Part shown: positions 13,641 to 25,509 of the stretch, one piece after another
Position numbering within the stretch: the first letter of the stretch is position 1
How the letters are laid out: each line of letters begins with the position of its first letter
From: the human T2T-CHM13v2.0 reference genome, Homo sapiens
Strand: one strand, 5' to 3'
NCBI RefSeq assembly: GCF_009914755.1
Contig: NC_060928.1
DNA: 64,000 nt
Program-made: the position numbers and the translations under genes
The notes under the pieces: model-generated
What the model was told of the DNA's origin: nothing
Seen by the model: only the letters and a program-made list of their open reading frames with translations
The model's database searches: none

Positions 13641-16237
13641 GTGAGTCCCGCTCCCGCCGCTCCCCGACCTCCGCCCCAGACAGCCCTCGGGGGCACGCAC
13701 TCCAGCGACCTCAGGGCAGGCCTGGGCGAGGGCCGGCGTGGGTGGGCCTGAGCCGGGGCCCCTGTGACCTGAGCCTTCTGGGTGACCGAGGCCTCCGGTG
13801 TCAGCGGGGCTGGGGGAGGCACGGCCGGTTCCTCCCGCTGAGTGACCTGAGCTGGCCCTGCGACGCAGTGGCTCCACCGTTCCCTGCTGTGGATGCGTCT
13901 CCCTGGCGCCTGCTGCGGTGGGGCAAGGGCCGCTGGGCTCTGTGGGTCCCATCTGGTGTGCCTTGCGGGGATGGGGTTGCCTGCAGTGCCAGGGTCCTGG
14001 GGGGAGAGGGCTTGTGTGGCAGGGGCCGGGGACCCTATTGGGGCACAGAGGATGGGGTGGGGGCAGGGGACCTGACCTTGAGCCTTGGCCTTCACTTCTG
14101 GCCTGATCGCTGGGCCGCTTAGCTGAAGGGTTTTGTCCCAGCCTCTGTGGCCTTCTATAGCTGGAGGAGCTGGGTCTGGGCTCTAGGGGGGGTGGGGGTT
14201 GTTCTCCACCCTCGGGCTGGCCCCCAGCCGCTGAGCCACACCGGTTCCCCCATGCCGGATGCCGCAGGGGTGAAGACTCTGCTCTCTGGGGTGGGAGGCT
14301 CTCTGCGATCCTGGAGCGTCTGTAGGCCAACGAGAGGGACAGAGTGTGGCCCAAAGGGTTGGGCAGGGTCTGTCAGGAGCCCGGTCAGTGTCAGGGGAGG
14401 GGCAGTGTCTGGCACCGCTGGCTGCCATGCTCCACCCCCGCGCCACGGCCTTGGTGCCTGCTGCTCTCCCTGACCCTTTCCTAAACCCAAACAGAGCATC
14501 TGAGCAGCCCCTGAGCCCTGGCCAGCCTCTGCTTGGGAGGGGAAACGGGCCATGAGGAAGCACAGGCCACAGCAACACAGGGGGCTCCGGTGGGCACACG
14601 GGGCATGGCCCTGCTCCCTCTGGGCCGTGGCCTCCCTGGTGTGAGGGAGTGGAGGGGTAGCTGGCAGGGCTGCAGGAACACCCCACGAGGGCAGAGGCTG
14701 GATAGCTGCTGATGGCCCGTGGTGGATTCTGGGAGCTGCTTGTGCACATGGGGAAACCGAGTCTTGGGAGGAGTGAGGTGTGCCCAGGGCCACATGGTGC
14801 TGGGGGTTGCTACTTCTGGGATGGCCCTGATCTCTCGTCTTGCCTGGGTAGGTAGAGGCAGAACCCCTGGGTGGTGGGCAGGCCAGCTGGTGGGAGGGAT
14901 ACTGGTCCAGGATCCCCTCCTTGGAGGTAGAGATGCTGTGTGGGTAGGGAGATGGGGGGTTGGGTGTGGGAGACCCCAGGGGCTCCAGGACAGGGGGCCG
15001 AGGAGGGGCAGCCCTCCTGGGAACCCTGGAGCTGCACAAAGCTTGGAGGGCCCAGCTGCTCGTGTCTGTGGCGATGGCAGCGGTGCCCAGTGGCTCCCCC
15101 CCACGGTGCTTCTCCTTGAAGGGCCTTCAGTACCCCTTTAGCTGCCTGCCAGGCCTCAGTGTCCAGCAGTGAAGGAGACAGAGGTCCCCTTCATGGAGCC
15201 AGCAGGCTGGTGGCTGTGCAGAGGGGCAATGGGGAGGGATGGGAGGGCTTCCCGGGGCTCGGGGCAGGTGCAGAGCCTCCTTGAGTAGGAGGCTGGATGG
15301 GCCACAGGCAGGCTGTGTGGCCCTCCACTGGCCAAACCCTTGGTCTTCAGAGAGGTCTCTGGGTGCCACCTCTGCCTTTGGCTGCTGGAGGTGGCTGGGC
15401 TTCCCCTGTGGCCAGTGCCTGCAGGTTCCCTCCCACAACCGCCCCAACCTGCCCCTGCACCTCTCCTCCTCCCCTGCCGGTTCCCCTCCCCCACGACCGC
15501 CACCTCCTGGCTTCGTGCCTGACTCGAGGTGAGAATTGGGCCGTGCTGTGGATGGGGTGATGGCCTGGCCACTTGGCCTACTGCCAGGAGAGGCCGGGGC
15601 CAGAGGGGCCATCCCCTGTCCCCCACTTGGATTTATAGGAAAGCTCCTCCTGGGCTGCAGGGAGCCTTCTGGACGCACTTTGCTGACCCCTGCCCTTTGC
15701 GGCCCTCTGCTGTGGGTGCTGGAGTTTGCCGTGATGGCCCGGGTGACCCTGGGTGGCCAGAAGCCACAGCAGTTTGGCTGCACCATGGCCTGTTCAGGGT
15801 GGCCCGGGCCATCAAGGCATTTGGTCTGGGAGTAGCTGGGCAGAGGGCAGCGGCCTGACTGGGCAAAGCCTGCCCCAGCTCTTGGTCTCAGAGGAGGGAC
15901 TCGGGCCTTTGACCACTACTCTGAGCAGCGCAGCCTCCAGGCTTGAGTGGGTCCTGGCTGTTGGCCTGTTGGGTAACAGGTGTTGGGCTGGCTTTCTCTG
16001 CTTAAGCAGCTCTGGAGGGGGGCTCTACCTGCTTGTCCTGAATAGTGGCTGCCCCCTCCCTTGGCTCCAGCAGAGCTGGTAGCTAGGCCCCGGGGGCTGC
16101 CGGGATTGGGTGTCCCACTGCCCGGGCTTGGTGTCCAGCTGGAGGGGGCAGTGCCAAGGGCCCTGTCTCACCCCAGAGGTGGAGGGGTCTCCCCAGCCTT
16201 CCTCACCGGGTGTCCCTGACCGCCCTATCCCCTGCAG

Positions 16238-16605
16238 GCTCCTGCTTCTGGGTGGCCGTGCTGGATGGCAACGTGGTGGGCATTGTGGCTGCACGGGCCC
16301 ACGAGGAGGACAACACGGTGGAGCTGCTGCGGATGTCTGTGGACTCACGTTTCCGAGGCAAGGGCATCGCCAAGGCGCTGGGCCGGAAGGTGCTGGAGTT
16401 CGCCGTGGTGCACAACTACTCCGCGGTGGTGCTGGGCACGACGGCCGTCAAGGTGGCCGCCCACAAGCTCTACGAGTCGCTGGGCTTCAGACACATGGGC
16501 GCCAGTGACCACTACGTGCTGCCGGGCATGACCCTCTCGCTGGCTGAGCGCCTCTTCTTCCAGGTCCGCTACCACCGCTACCGCCTGCAGCTGCGCGAGG
16601 AGTGA
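16238..16605 (+). CDS. NAT8L: NAT8L coding exon 3 (GNAT domain)
   Basis: Acceptor ctgcag|. GSCFWVAVLDG...RMSVDSRFRGKGIAKAL (acetyl-CoA motif A)...KLYESLGF...REE*. 376+165+368=909 nt = 302 aa plus stop. Confidence 0.97.
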
Positions 16606-19600
16606 CCGCCGCCGCTCGCCCGCCCGCCCCCCCGGCCGCCCTGTCCGCCTTTGCCCGCCTGCCCGCCGCCCGGCGCGGCCTGCTTTCAGACGCTCACTTG
16701 GCGTTTGTGTTGGGTTTCCCCTTTTCAACATCCTGCGGTTGTCTGGCTGGTTCCGGGGGGTGCGGGGCTGTTGTTCTTCGGCGACACTTTGGTGGGGGTG
16801 GGTTGTTTGTCGCCATAGCCCCTCGCCCTTCCCCACCTGCCTGGGCGGCTTGCCACCTGAAGAGTGGCATCTTGGACCACCGCGGCTGTCCATGACGCTG
16901 CCCTGCCCGCCGCCACTGGGGAAGGCCCAGCCTTGCTCACCAAGCACAGAACCTCTGCAGCAGATCCCGGGGCCAGGCTCCGGCCCCGCCTGCGGCCCCA
17001 GCGCCACTGCCTGTGGAGGCCCGAGCTGGCCACGGCGCTGCTTTGCTCCGCGCATGCCGAGGGTGTGGCCCGGCTGAGCATGCCGCATGCACACAGCCCC
17101 GCCCTGCCGCCCTGCCCAGACTGGACCCGGAGACCCGGGCTGGTGAGCGCCCCTGTCCCCAGCCCCCAGCTGGCTGTGGGAGGGCCTGCCCCTGCCCCCA
17201 CCTCCTGGAGGGCCTGGTCTGCCCCGCGCCGCCCGGCTCTGTCCACACCTGCTTTGCTCTGACGCCCTCCATTTCTCTGGCTCCGGCCCCTCCCCTGCCT
17301 GGGCTGTGCTGACTGGTGTCATCACCCAGGTGACTCCCATGGCGTCCGTGGCACAGCCAGGGTGGGGGTCCATGGGACCCCTCTCCCCAGTGCCCACTGG
17401 ATCGTGCTGGCCTCTCCCAGATGTCCCCGGGGACCTCCTGCCTCTGGCTGACGGTCCACCCTGTGAATCTTATCAGCCCAGGCTGCTGCCAACAGCGCCC
17501 AGCCCACAGCTTCTCCCAGCCTGAAACCAACACATTTTCTAATAAGTTATTTAGACAGAATAGCACTCTGCATGACTTTAATTCTTGGGACAAAACGGTA
17601 GTTTGTACCCTAAGACACAGTTTCTGGCCCAGTGTGATGGGGGTGGGTGGCCGGGTGGGTGGAGCGTTTTGCTGTTGGAAACCTGGAGGGAAACCCTGAT
17701 TGGATGTCATTTCCTGCCATGGAGCACGCCTCCCAGCCCTGGCCTGCAGGGTGGGCAGGGTGGGGGGCAAGGGAGTCCGCAGCCTCCGGGAGGAGGGGCA
17801 GGGCGCTGCCTTGGGCTGGGTGGGAAGAGGGGTGGCCGCCTCGGCTTCCGCTGGCCATGCTCCTGGTCTCTCCTTCCTGAGGTCACAGGCAGGGGCTGCC
17901 CTGGACGGGGGGCGGGGGGGGTGGCCTGGAAGGGGAGACAGAGGTGGAGGGTGGCACAGGCTGCACATTCAGCTTAGAAGTGGACCTGGCTTTGGTGGCA
18001 GGAGAAGAATAAACACTTGCCCAGACCCCTTTGTGTGGGGGAATTGGGGAGGGGTCGTGGCAGGCAGGGTGGGCCACGGAACTGGGTCCCAGGCATCAAG
18101 GCCACGTGCAGGGCCATGGAGGGATGCTTCTCACGAGGCGCTTCAGAAGCGAGCGAAGGGACAGAGAAGCCCTGCGTCCAAGGGCCTTTTGTCCTGTTAG
18201 CAATTGAGGTGTGCAGAGCACTGTACAGACCCCACTCCCCTGTACATTCCTCCCTGGAGGTGCCCGGTCCCCGCTTGGGGATGGGAGTTTTGTAGACTGT
18301 ACAGAAATCGGCACCCTATTTTCTTGCAGCTCAGATTTTGTTAATCTGGAATATACAGACAGACGTAAAGTGTTTTAGCAAAATGGAAACAAACAGTTGT
18401 GCCTTTTTCCTCTTTTGGTTTGGTTTGGGTTTGGCCTGGGGCTGGTCCCAGTTGGTGCGGGGCATGCTGGGGGCAGGAGGGGCAGGGCGGGCCAGGTGGA
18501 GTCAGGTCTTGGGGGTGTCATGTCGGGGTGCTGCCAGCGTCCCTTGGTCCTGTGCCTTTGGAGCCTCGGGCTCCTGGGGTGCAGGGTGCTTGGGGGTGGC
18601 TGTTGGAGCCCACCGACGCCAGGGCAGGGCCTGGAGGCCCAGGGACTGCCAGTGTCTCCTTGATATTGATCCTAGCAGATCCCCCTCCTGGGGGTTCTGA
18701 GAGTCCTGGGCAGTGTGGCCTTCTCTCATTCTGGTGGCATCTGCGCCCGTGAGTGACCTCTTCCTTGGCTGCACTGCCCTGTGGGTGGTGAGACGCTTGG
18801 CCTTTTTTGTTGCTGCCAGGACTTGGTAGAGATGGCAGGAAGGGTGTGCGGGGTGGTTGTGTGCAGAACCCTGCCGCCCCTGAGGTGAGCAGAGGCACTG
18901 GTGTGCCTGCCAGGCTGGGGCGGAGCTGCCCGGAACCCTTGCCAGGCCAATGTGTAGCTTGGTGGCGCCCTTGAAGGCCACTGGGGGGTAGGTGTGTCCT
19001 CCCCCGGGGCTGGAGGCCGGGTGCCTGGTGGGTGGGCCTGACCTGGCCCACCTCATCCCTCCAGCCTGGGATCTCACTGCTCTGCACCTGTGCACTGACG
19101 TGAATTTTATACGTTTGTAGAAACTCTGATGTAACTTCTTCTACCTCTGAAGCGCCCTCCTGGGCCCTGCTGTCACGTGGCTGGTGCGGCTTCCCCGAGT
19201 GCTGGCCCCCTGCCCGCTCCCCATGGGCACCCACCACTCAAACTCTGCGTGGTGAGGCCCGGGGAAAGCCAGGCCGGGCCCTAGCACTGCTCAGGGGCCT
19301 GGGGCTCCTGGGATTTCTGTGTGTTTGGAAGCCTCTGTTTTTGGAGTGGGGGGCGTGGAAGGCGGGAGGGGCTGACAGTGCCTGGGGCCAGAGCTGGGCG
19401 AAGGAGGACATCCTCACTGGACGAGCACTGCAGGCCTGACGAGAGGCTCCGGGCAGCTGAGGGCTGAAGCGCCTCGGGATGCCCCACACTGCCCAGAGCC
19501 ACGGGTCTTGCTGTGCTGGGGGTGGGGTGGCCCCAGGCAGCTGCCACTGCCCAGGTGTGAGTCGCTGCAGACCTGGTCCCTGAGGGTGGGAGGCCTGCTT

Positions 19601-20569
19601 GTGCTGAAGCTGCCATGTGGTCTGGCCCCCAGAAGGGCTCCTGAGCGTAGGGAGTTGAGCCCCGCAGCCGTGGCGGCATCTCCTCCTCCTTCCTCCGCCC
19701 CATGCCCAGCCTTGCTTCCGGCTGGTGGCATGCCTTGGGGCCGGGCAGCAGGTGAGAAGCTGCCCCCGGAGGGAGGGGCCAAGGGCTGGGTCAGTCTGGC
19801 CTGAGGGGTGGATGGCTGGCCCTGGGGGAAGGCTGGGCCTGGGAGGCCCTGTGGACAGCAGGCCTGAGGCCACGAGGTCCTGGGGCCACCCCTCTCCTGC
19901 TCTGGGTGTCCTTCTCAGAGAAGATGGCAGAAGGCTGCAGGCCCTAGAGGGGACGACGGGCTGGGGACGCCCTGAGCTTCCTGGCTGTGTGGCAGGTGCT
20001 GGGGAAGCTCTCTGGGCCATAGGGACCTGGCTCCCCTCTGAGAGGCCCGCCTGCCCTGGGACACCCAGGGCTGTGCTGGTGGCCTGAGGCTGGGAACTTG
20101 GGTTCCTGGGCTCTGCTGGCGCCTGGGCTTTGTGGGGGCCGAAGGTGGTTGCCCCGCCGGGCAGGGGGCTGTGTGGGCCCTCGTGGGGCCACCTTCCTGT
20201 CAGTGCCCGAGGGACGGTGGGACAGTTGCCCCTGCGCCAAGGGAGCCCACTGCCATCCCCCGTGGGCTGGCGCTGCAGTCGCGCACCCTGTGTTGCCTGC
20301 TGACTTGCTTATGTCTGTTTGGAAGCTGCTTCTGTTTGGCCACAGGCCTGTGTTCCTGGGCTGATGGCCACAGAGCTGACACTTGGGGTTTGAGTTCCAG
20401 ACTTGCAGACCCTGGGATCCGCTTACTCCTCCGCGCCACGGCTGCTGTGCTTCCAGAGGTGGCGTGATGCCTCCCGGGGCCACGGTGGGGTGAAGGATGG
20501 CGAGCCGGACATACCATTGTTGGATGTATTTTTTTTAAAACAGCAATAATTAGCCATTTTAAAGGAGGG

Positions 20570-21165
20570 ATGTACCTGTGTGTGTGCATGTGCACGTGTT
20601 TGAGCGTGTGTGTGTGTGTGCAAGTGGGTTCTTGGATATGTGTAGTGTGAGCATGTGTGCATGTGTGAGCCTGTGCACGTGCATGTTGTAGGTGCATAAG
20701 CATGTACACGCGTGAGCATGCATGTGCGTGTACACGTGTATAGGTGTACATGTGCATGAGTTGTGTACATGCGTGAGCACGTGTATAGATGTACGTGTGT
20801 GTGCGCATGTGTGCGTGTACATGTGTTTGTGTCTTGGGTATGCATAAGCATGCACGTGTGTATGAATGTGCGTGTGTATGCATGAGCACGTATGCATGTG
20901 TGATGCGCATGTTCTTGTGTACTTCTCTGAGGGGGCACATATGTATGAGTGTATGAGTGCATACATATGCATATGGTGTACGTGTGTGTACTTTGTGTGT
21001 GGGCATGTATGCGTATGAGTACTTGTGTGTGGCTGGTGTATGGGTGAGCATGCACATGTGTATGGATGCATATGTGAGCTGTACATGTAGAGTGTACATG
21101 TGTGTTGCATGAGCATGCATGCGTGCGAGTGCCTGTGTGTGTACTTGCATATATGTGGCTGTGCA
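20570..21165 (+). repeat. Degenerate purine/pyrimidine-alternating (TG/CA/TA) low-complexity tract
   Basis: About 600 bp of tgtgtgcatg/tgtac-type units. Confidence 0.92.
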
Positions 21166-21547
21166 GGTACCCGGCGGTGGTGGGCTGGCAGTGCCCGGGG
21201 AAGCAGGTCCTGCTCACGGCTTCCCTGCTGGGCCCCAGGCCCCGGGCTGAGCCTCCCTGGCCCCTCTTGCCCCTCAGTGGAGCAGGGCCTGGGTGGAGGG
21301 CCTGGGCAGCTCCAGGGCAGGTCCGGGGAGGCCAGGCTTGGGGAGCACAGGGGGTGGGGTTCACCTGCTGCTGTTTGTTCCCGAAACTGTACTGTGAGCC
21401 CACGGCGGGGGCAGATTGTTCTGAGGCCCCAGATGTGCCAAAACAGCCCCCAGGGTGGGGGCGAGCGAGTTCTGAGGAGAGGGGCTGCGGGGGCCGGGGG
21501 TGGGTGTGTGCCCCTCCCCTGAATGGCCCCCAATGCTGCTGTTTTTC

Positions 21548-21553
21548 AATAAA
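21548..21553 (+). terminator. Polyadenylation signal AATAAA (NAT8L distal)
   Basis: Canonical hexamer with a U-rich upstream element. Confidence 0.7.
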
Positions 21554-23312
21554 ACCAGAGTTGAAGGCACCTGGCTCCCGTGCTCTCTTGAGGCGCTTCC
21601 TGCCCACTGTGTGGCAGGGCTGGCTTTCAGGGATGTGGCCCCACCCTTGGTTGCCCAGTTTGGCCCCCGCCGCCTCCCCCTTCTCCCCTGGCCACCCCCT
21701 TTCCCCACCTCGGCTCCCCTACACCTGGCCAGGCTGCCCTGCAGCCAGCACTGCCCCCTGGAGGGAGTGTAATCCAGGAGGTGGGGCAGGGGGGCTTGGT
21801 GGCCCCATGGGCTGAGGCCCCTCCCCCAGCAGGCACCCAGCCGGGTGGGCTTTGCCCATTCACTCTCAGGCCTGGGATCCCCCTGAGCAGCTCCTGGGCC
21901 CTGCCCTCCCCCAGCTCTGTGCTTGGTCCTGGGTACTCTAACTCCTGGCAGACAGCTTGTCCCCCAGCCCTTGCCCCCGCCCCATTTTTGCCACCCCAGT
22001 GGGACAAGGCCCCGCTGCCCTGTCCTCCTGGGTCTGGGGTTCCCAGTTCCTGTGGTTATGTCGACCCTTGCCCTGGCAGCCCCGGCGCCTGCCTGCCTGG
22101 CCCCTCGGAGGAACAGCGGTGCTGAGGGAGGGTGTGAGGTGAGCGGGCATTAGAGCCCACCAGGATGGGGGTGGACCCCCAGTGTCTGTGAGGGAGGATG
22201 CCAGGGCTGGGGTCCAGGCCGAGGGTGCTGCAGCTCAGGGCTGTGGGGTGGGGAGCTTGGTGTCGGGAGTCTCACAGACAGACATGGGGTGGACACAGAC
22301 CCCTGCCCTGGCAGGTCCCCGTCAGGATGCCAGTCTTGTTGGCAGAGGAACTCCTGGAGTCTGGGGGTCCCCCAGCTCCACAGCCGGTCCCCTGGGCCAC
22401 TTTCCTGATAGGGGTTTCCTTGGCCCGGCTTCTGCCTTTCCCACCCTCCCAACCCGTGCCGCCAGGCCCTCCAGCCAGGACCCTGAAGGAACCCCAGGCT
22501 GCGAGTATCTTTCCAAGGGCAGGGGCAGGGGCAGGGCTGCCCCTCAGCCTGGAGGGCTAGGCAGCCTTGGCCTGGGCTCGGGTTACGAACAGCAAAGCCC
22601 ATGTGGGACATCCCACTGAAACTGCGGCAGGATGGAGGCCTGGGTGCGGCGGGTACATCAAGGCCTGGCGGGCCTGTTGGGGCTCAGAGTGCTGCCCAGG
22701 GAACGCAGGCAGGGGCAGCACCGCGCTGGTGGGAGGGCCCAGCAGTGGCTACGGGCAGCTCCCTGGATCACTGGGACGTCCCACCACAATGGGGGCAGGC
22801 CCGGCCACCCAGGACCCACACACATGGGAGGCGGTGAAAATGTTTTTGAAGCCAGGAGAAAATCAGGCTGTCTCGGCCAGAGTGGGTGTTCTCTTCCTGG
22901 GGAGAAACCAAATGCTTCCTTGAGCCACAGGATGGGCACCTGGCTCCCCCAGGGGGCAGGAAGCACCAAGAGGGGCGAGGCTGGTGTGGCATAGCAGCAG
23001 GACTGTGATCTGGACTCAGCTGTCCCTGCCTCCCCAGCACCGCACACGCTGTCAGGCAAATGCTGCGTAATTGAAGGGAAGAAGGAACGGACTTCCAGCA
23101 CCCGCAGACCACAGCAGCGAGGTCCTGACCAATTCATTGTGATGACCCAGGTCACCCAGAAAAGATGACCCATGTTCAGTGGGCACAGGCAAGCCGCGTG
23201 GGTGACACAGCCGCCACTTGAAAGAGGGCAGGGTGGTACACACGGTGGTGGTGGGGAAGGCCACTGCTCAAACCCACAGCACCATCTGCACCCCATATAC
23301 TCACCCCTGGCC

Positions 23313-23408
23313 GGCCTCCTGCAGTGGCACCAGGTGTCCCCACGAGGAGCCAGCACCTTGATGGTGAGCCTGAGTGCTGGCCGCTCTGTGGGTGGCAGCC
23401 GGAGGTGA
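23313..23408. repeat. Rearranged local copy of POLN last-exon/acceptor sequence
   Basis: 23313-23346 = 24714-24747 (33/34). 23363-23386 = reverse complement of 24745-24768 (23/24). 23391-23408 = 24785-24802 (17/18). Confidence 0.9.
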
Positions 23409-24593
23409 CATCCCTGAAGGGTACAGGGGGCCCTGTGCCCCACTTCAAGGGATGCTCTTGGAGCCCAGACCCAGACCTGGGTAAGGAAGTACATGGGAGG
23501 GGCTGAGATACCCGGGGGGGGGGGGGTGGCCTGAAAGCAGGACCCCGGGAGCACATTTCCAGGGGCCACCACAGAGACAGGGAACCATGGTACAGGGTGA
23601 GGATGCGGCTGAAATCCTGGCTGGCGCACTTTTGAGCCCTGTGACCTTTTGGTGCCTCAGTTTCCCCACGTGCAAAGAGGGGATCGTGTTGGTGCCTCTG
23701 TCGCAGCCTGCTGTGAGGTGGAGGTGAGTCACAGGTGTCCTGCTGGGCTGGCAGTGAGGCCACTGTGCATGAGGGAAGGCAGAGGGGCACGTGGGACGGG
23801 AAGAGTCTGGAGGAGCTGCTTGGAGCACTGGCTGTCTCAGGAGCCAGCCTGTTTGCAGCCACTGGTCACTAGCCTGCAGGAGGCTCATGGGAGAGACCTT
23901 GTGGCCTGAGAGCATGTGACCCCAGACGCCCGCGGGTCCTCGGTGGCCCCTAGGCTGCATCCATGGGGGAGGCCTGCAGTGGGTGGCCAGGTCTTCTCAT
24001 AGAGGGGCTCCTCTGGTCCTCCTGACACATCAGTCGGGAACACAAGCTCCAGGGGCCTCAGTGCCTGCGGGGAGGCTGTGTTCTCTCCATCTCAGTACAG
24101 GGCTGCACGCTGGGCTGGCCTGGGAGGACGGTGCACGCCCTGGGCCATGGCTTCCTAAAGCGAAGGGAGCCAGCAGGGGGTGACACCATAGGGCGTCAGA
24201 GCTGGTGGCTTCTTGGACACCTGCCGGGGGGAGCAGCTGCTGAGCCACGAGGCAGCCCCCTCCCCTGGAATCCATGGGAGAGGGAGCTGGGAGTGCCTAC
24301 CCAGTCTGGAGTGTCTGGCCCAGACCCAGCCTGGGTCACTCCCAACTGGGGGCACTCAGCCCTGCCCCGGCCAAGTGGCTGGGGGTGGTGGACGCGGCAC
24401 TTCCCACTCACAGGAAGAATTCACTCAGACAAGGATGAGGAGGGCTTTGCACAGGCATTTACTCCAGGGGATGGCGGGCCACCCCAGCCCCAAAGGGTTA
24501 ATGCGTCCTGGGGCGTACAGAGCTGGTGACCTTGGGGAAGGCCACACAATGGACTGCTGGAAACCAGTTCTCTCCTCCCACTGTTGCCTGGGG

Positions 24594-24779
24594 CTACAGA
24601 CAAAATGAAGGCGAAAAATGCAGGGGTGGGGGCTGGGTGCTGGCAGGGGACCCAGGGGCAGCCAGGCTGTTGCTGGGAGACTCAGTGCGACATGGGCCTG
24701 GCGGAGGGCCCCAGGCCTCCTGCAGTGGCACCAGGTGTCCCCATGAGCGGCCGGCACTCAGGCTCACCTTGAGGGGTAC
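24594..24779 (-). CDS. POLN: DNA polymerase nu, terminal coding exon
   Basis: Acceptor ctgcag|, [14 protein letters not shown] (PolA C-terminal motif)...SPSFCL*. Confidence 0.95.
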   Translation of the reverse strand, partial: VPLKVSLSAGRSWGHLVPLQEAWGPPPGPCRTESPSNSLAAPGSPASTQPPPLHFSPSFCL

Positions 24780-25447
24780 CTGCAGGTGGCAGCCAGAGGT
24801 GAGCCCCACGCCTGGGCCAGCCACCCCCAGCCACCTCCCAGACCCCAAGCAGGGGGACAGGGCCTACAGCACACAGGTGCACACATCCAGATACATGATC
24901 AGACAGCCACACGCACACATGTGCATACACGTGCACACTCACCACACTCGCCCAGCAACAGGCTTATGCCACATCCACCTCCCAGTCACGACACCTCGAT
25001 CTTGGCGGAGGTTCCCCCACCTGCCAGGGCCTCTGTGCCAGTGGGTAGGCTGCGGCCGGCAGACAAGGTGCCCTTGGATGGGTGGGTGTGTCCTGGGGCA
25101 TCCTGTGCTTGCCCCTCAGGGTCCTGCCCCCGGGAGGATTGGTGGCTCCTAGAGGCCAGGAGAGCCCTCCCGGGGGTCCCTGACCTTGAGTGGACCAAGC
25201 CTTCACAGCTCTTGACAGGGAGGGAGGGGTCCAGCCCCGGCTGCCGTCCCTGTTCACTGAAGTGAGCAGAGTCGGGTGTGGCTTCCCGGGCTTCAGGGAC
25301 GGTCCAGCCTCCACGGCTGTGCCTGCTGTGGAGTGGCCATCTCGGGGCTGGGGCTGCACCCTTTGGCCTGGCTCTTTTGCCCTGGGGGTGCTGGCCTCCC
25401 CTCACCCTGGGCTCCGGAAGACCGGGCAGGCTTAAGTGTCCCCTCAC

Positions 25448-25509
25448 CTGAAGCTGCAGCTCCAATGCCTGCACCTGTTCCAAGGACTCCATGGTCCTCC
25501 TGACGAGAG
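25448..25509 (-). CDS. POLN: DNA polymerase nu exon
   Basis: tag|...|gtgagg. (A)LVRRTMESLEQVQALELQLQ. 62 nt, phase consistent. Confidence 0.93.

Larger units (their letters stand above)
10620..13900. promoter_or_regulatory. CpG island spanning the NAT8L promoter, exon 1 and exon 2
   Basis: Very high GC and CpG density, many GGGCGG boxes. Confidence 0.9.
16606..21575 (+). other. NAT8L: Long NAT8L 3'UTR (~5 kb)
   Basis: Runs from the stop to AATAAA at 21548-21553. The end is inferred from the signal and the known long mRNA. Confidence 0.7.

Noticed and set aside
16880-16902. Possible REST/RE1 half-match (gctgtccatgacgctg)
   Set aside because: Mismatches at core positions; too weak to support.
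20200-21607. His/Thr/Cys-rich ORFs of 316-394 aa
   Set aside because: Translation artefacts of the TG/CA low-complexity tract.
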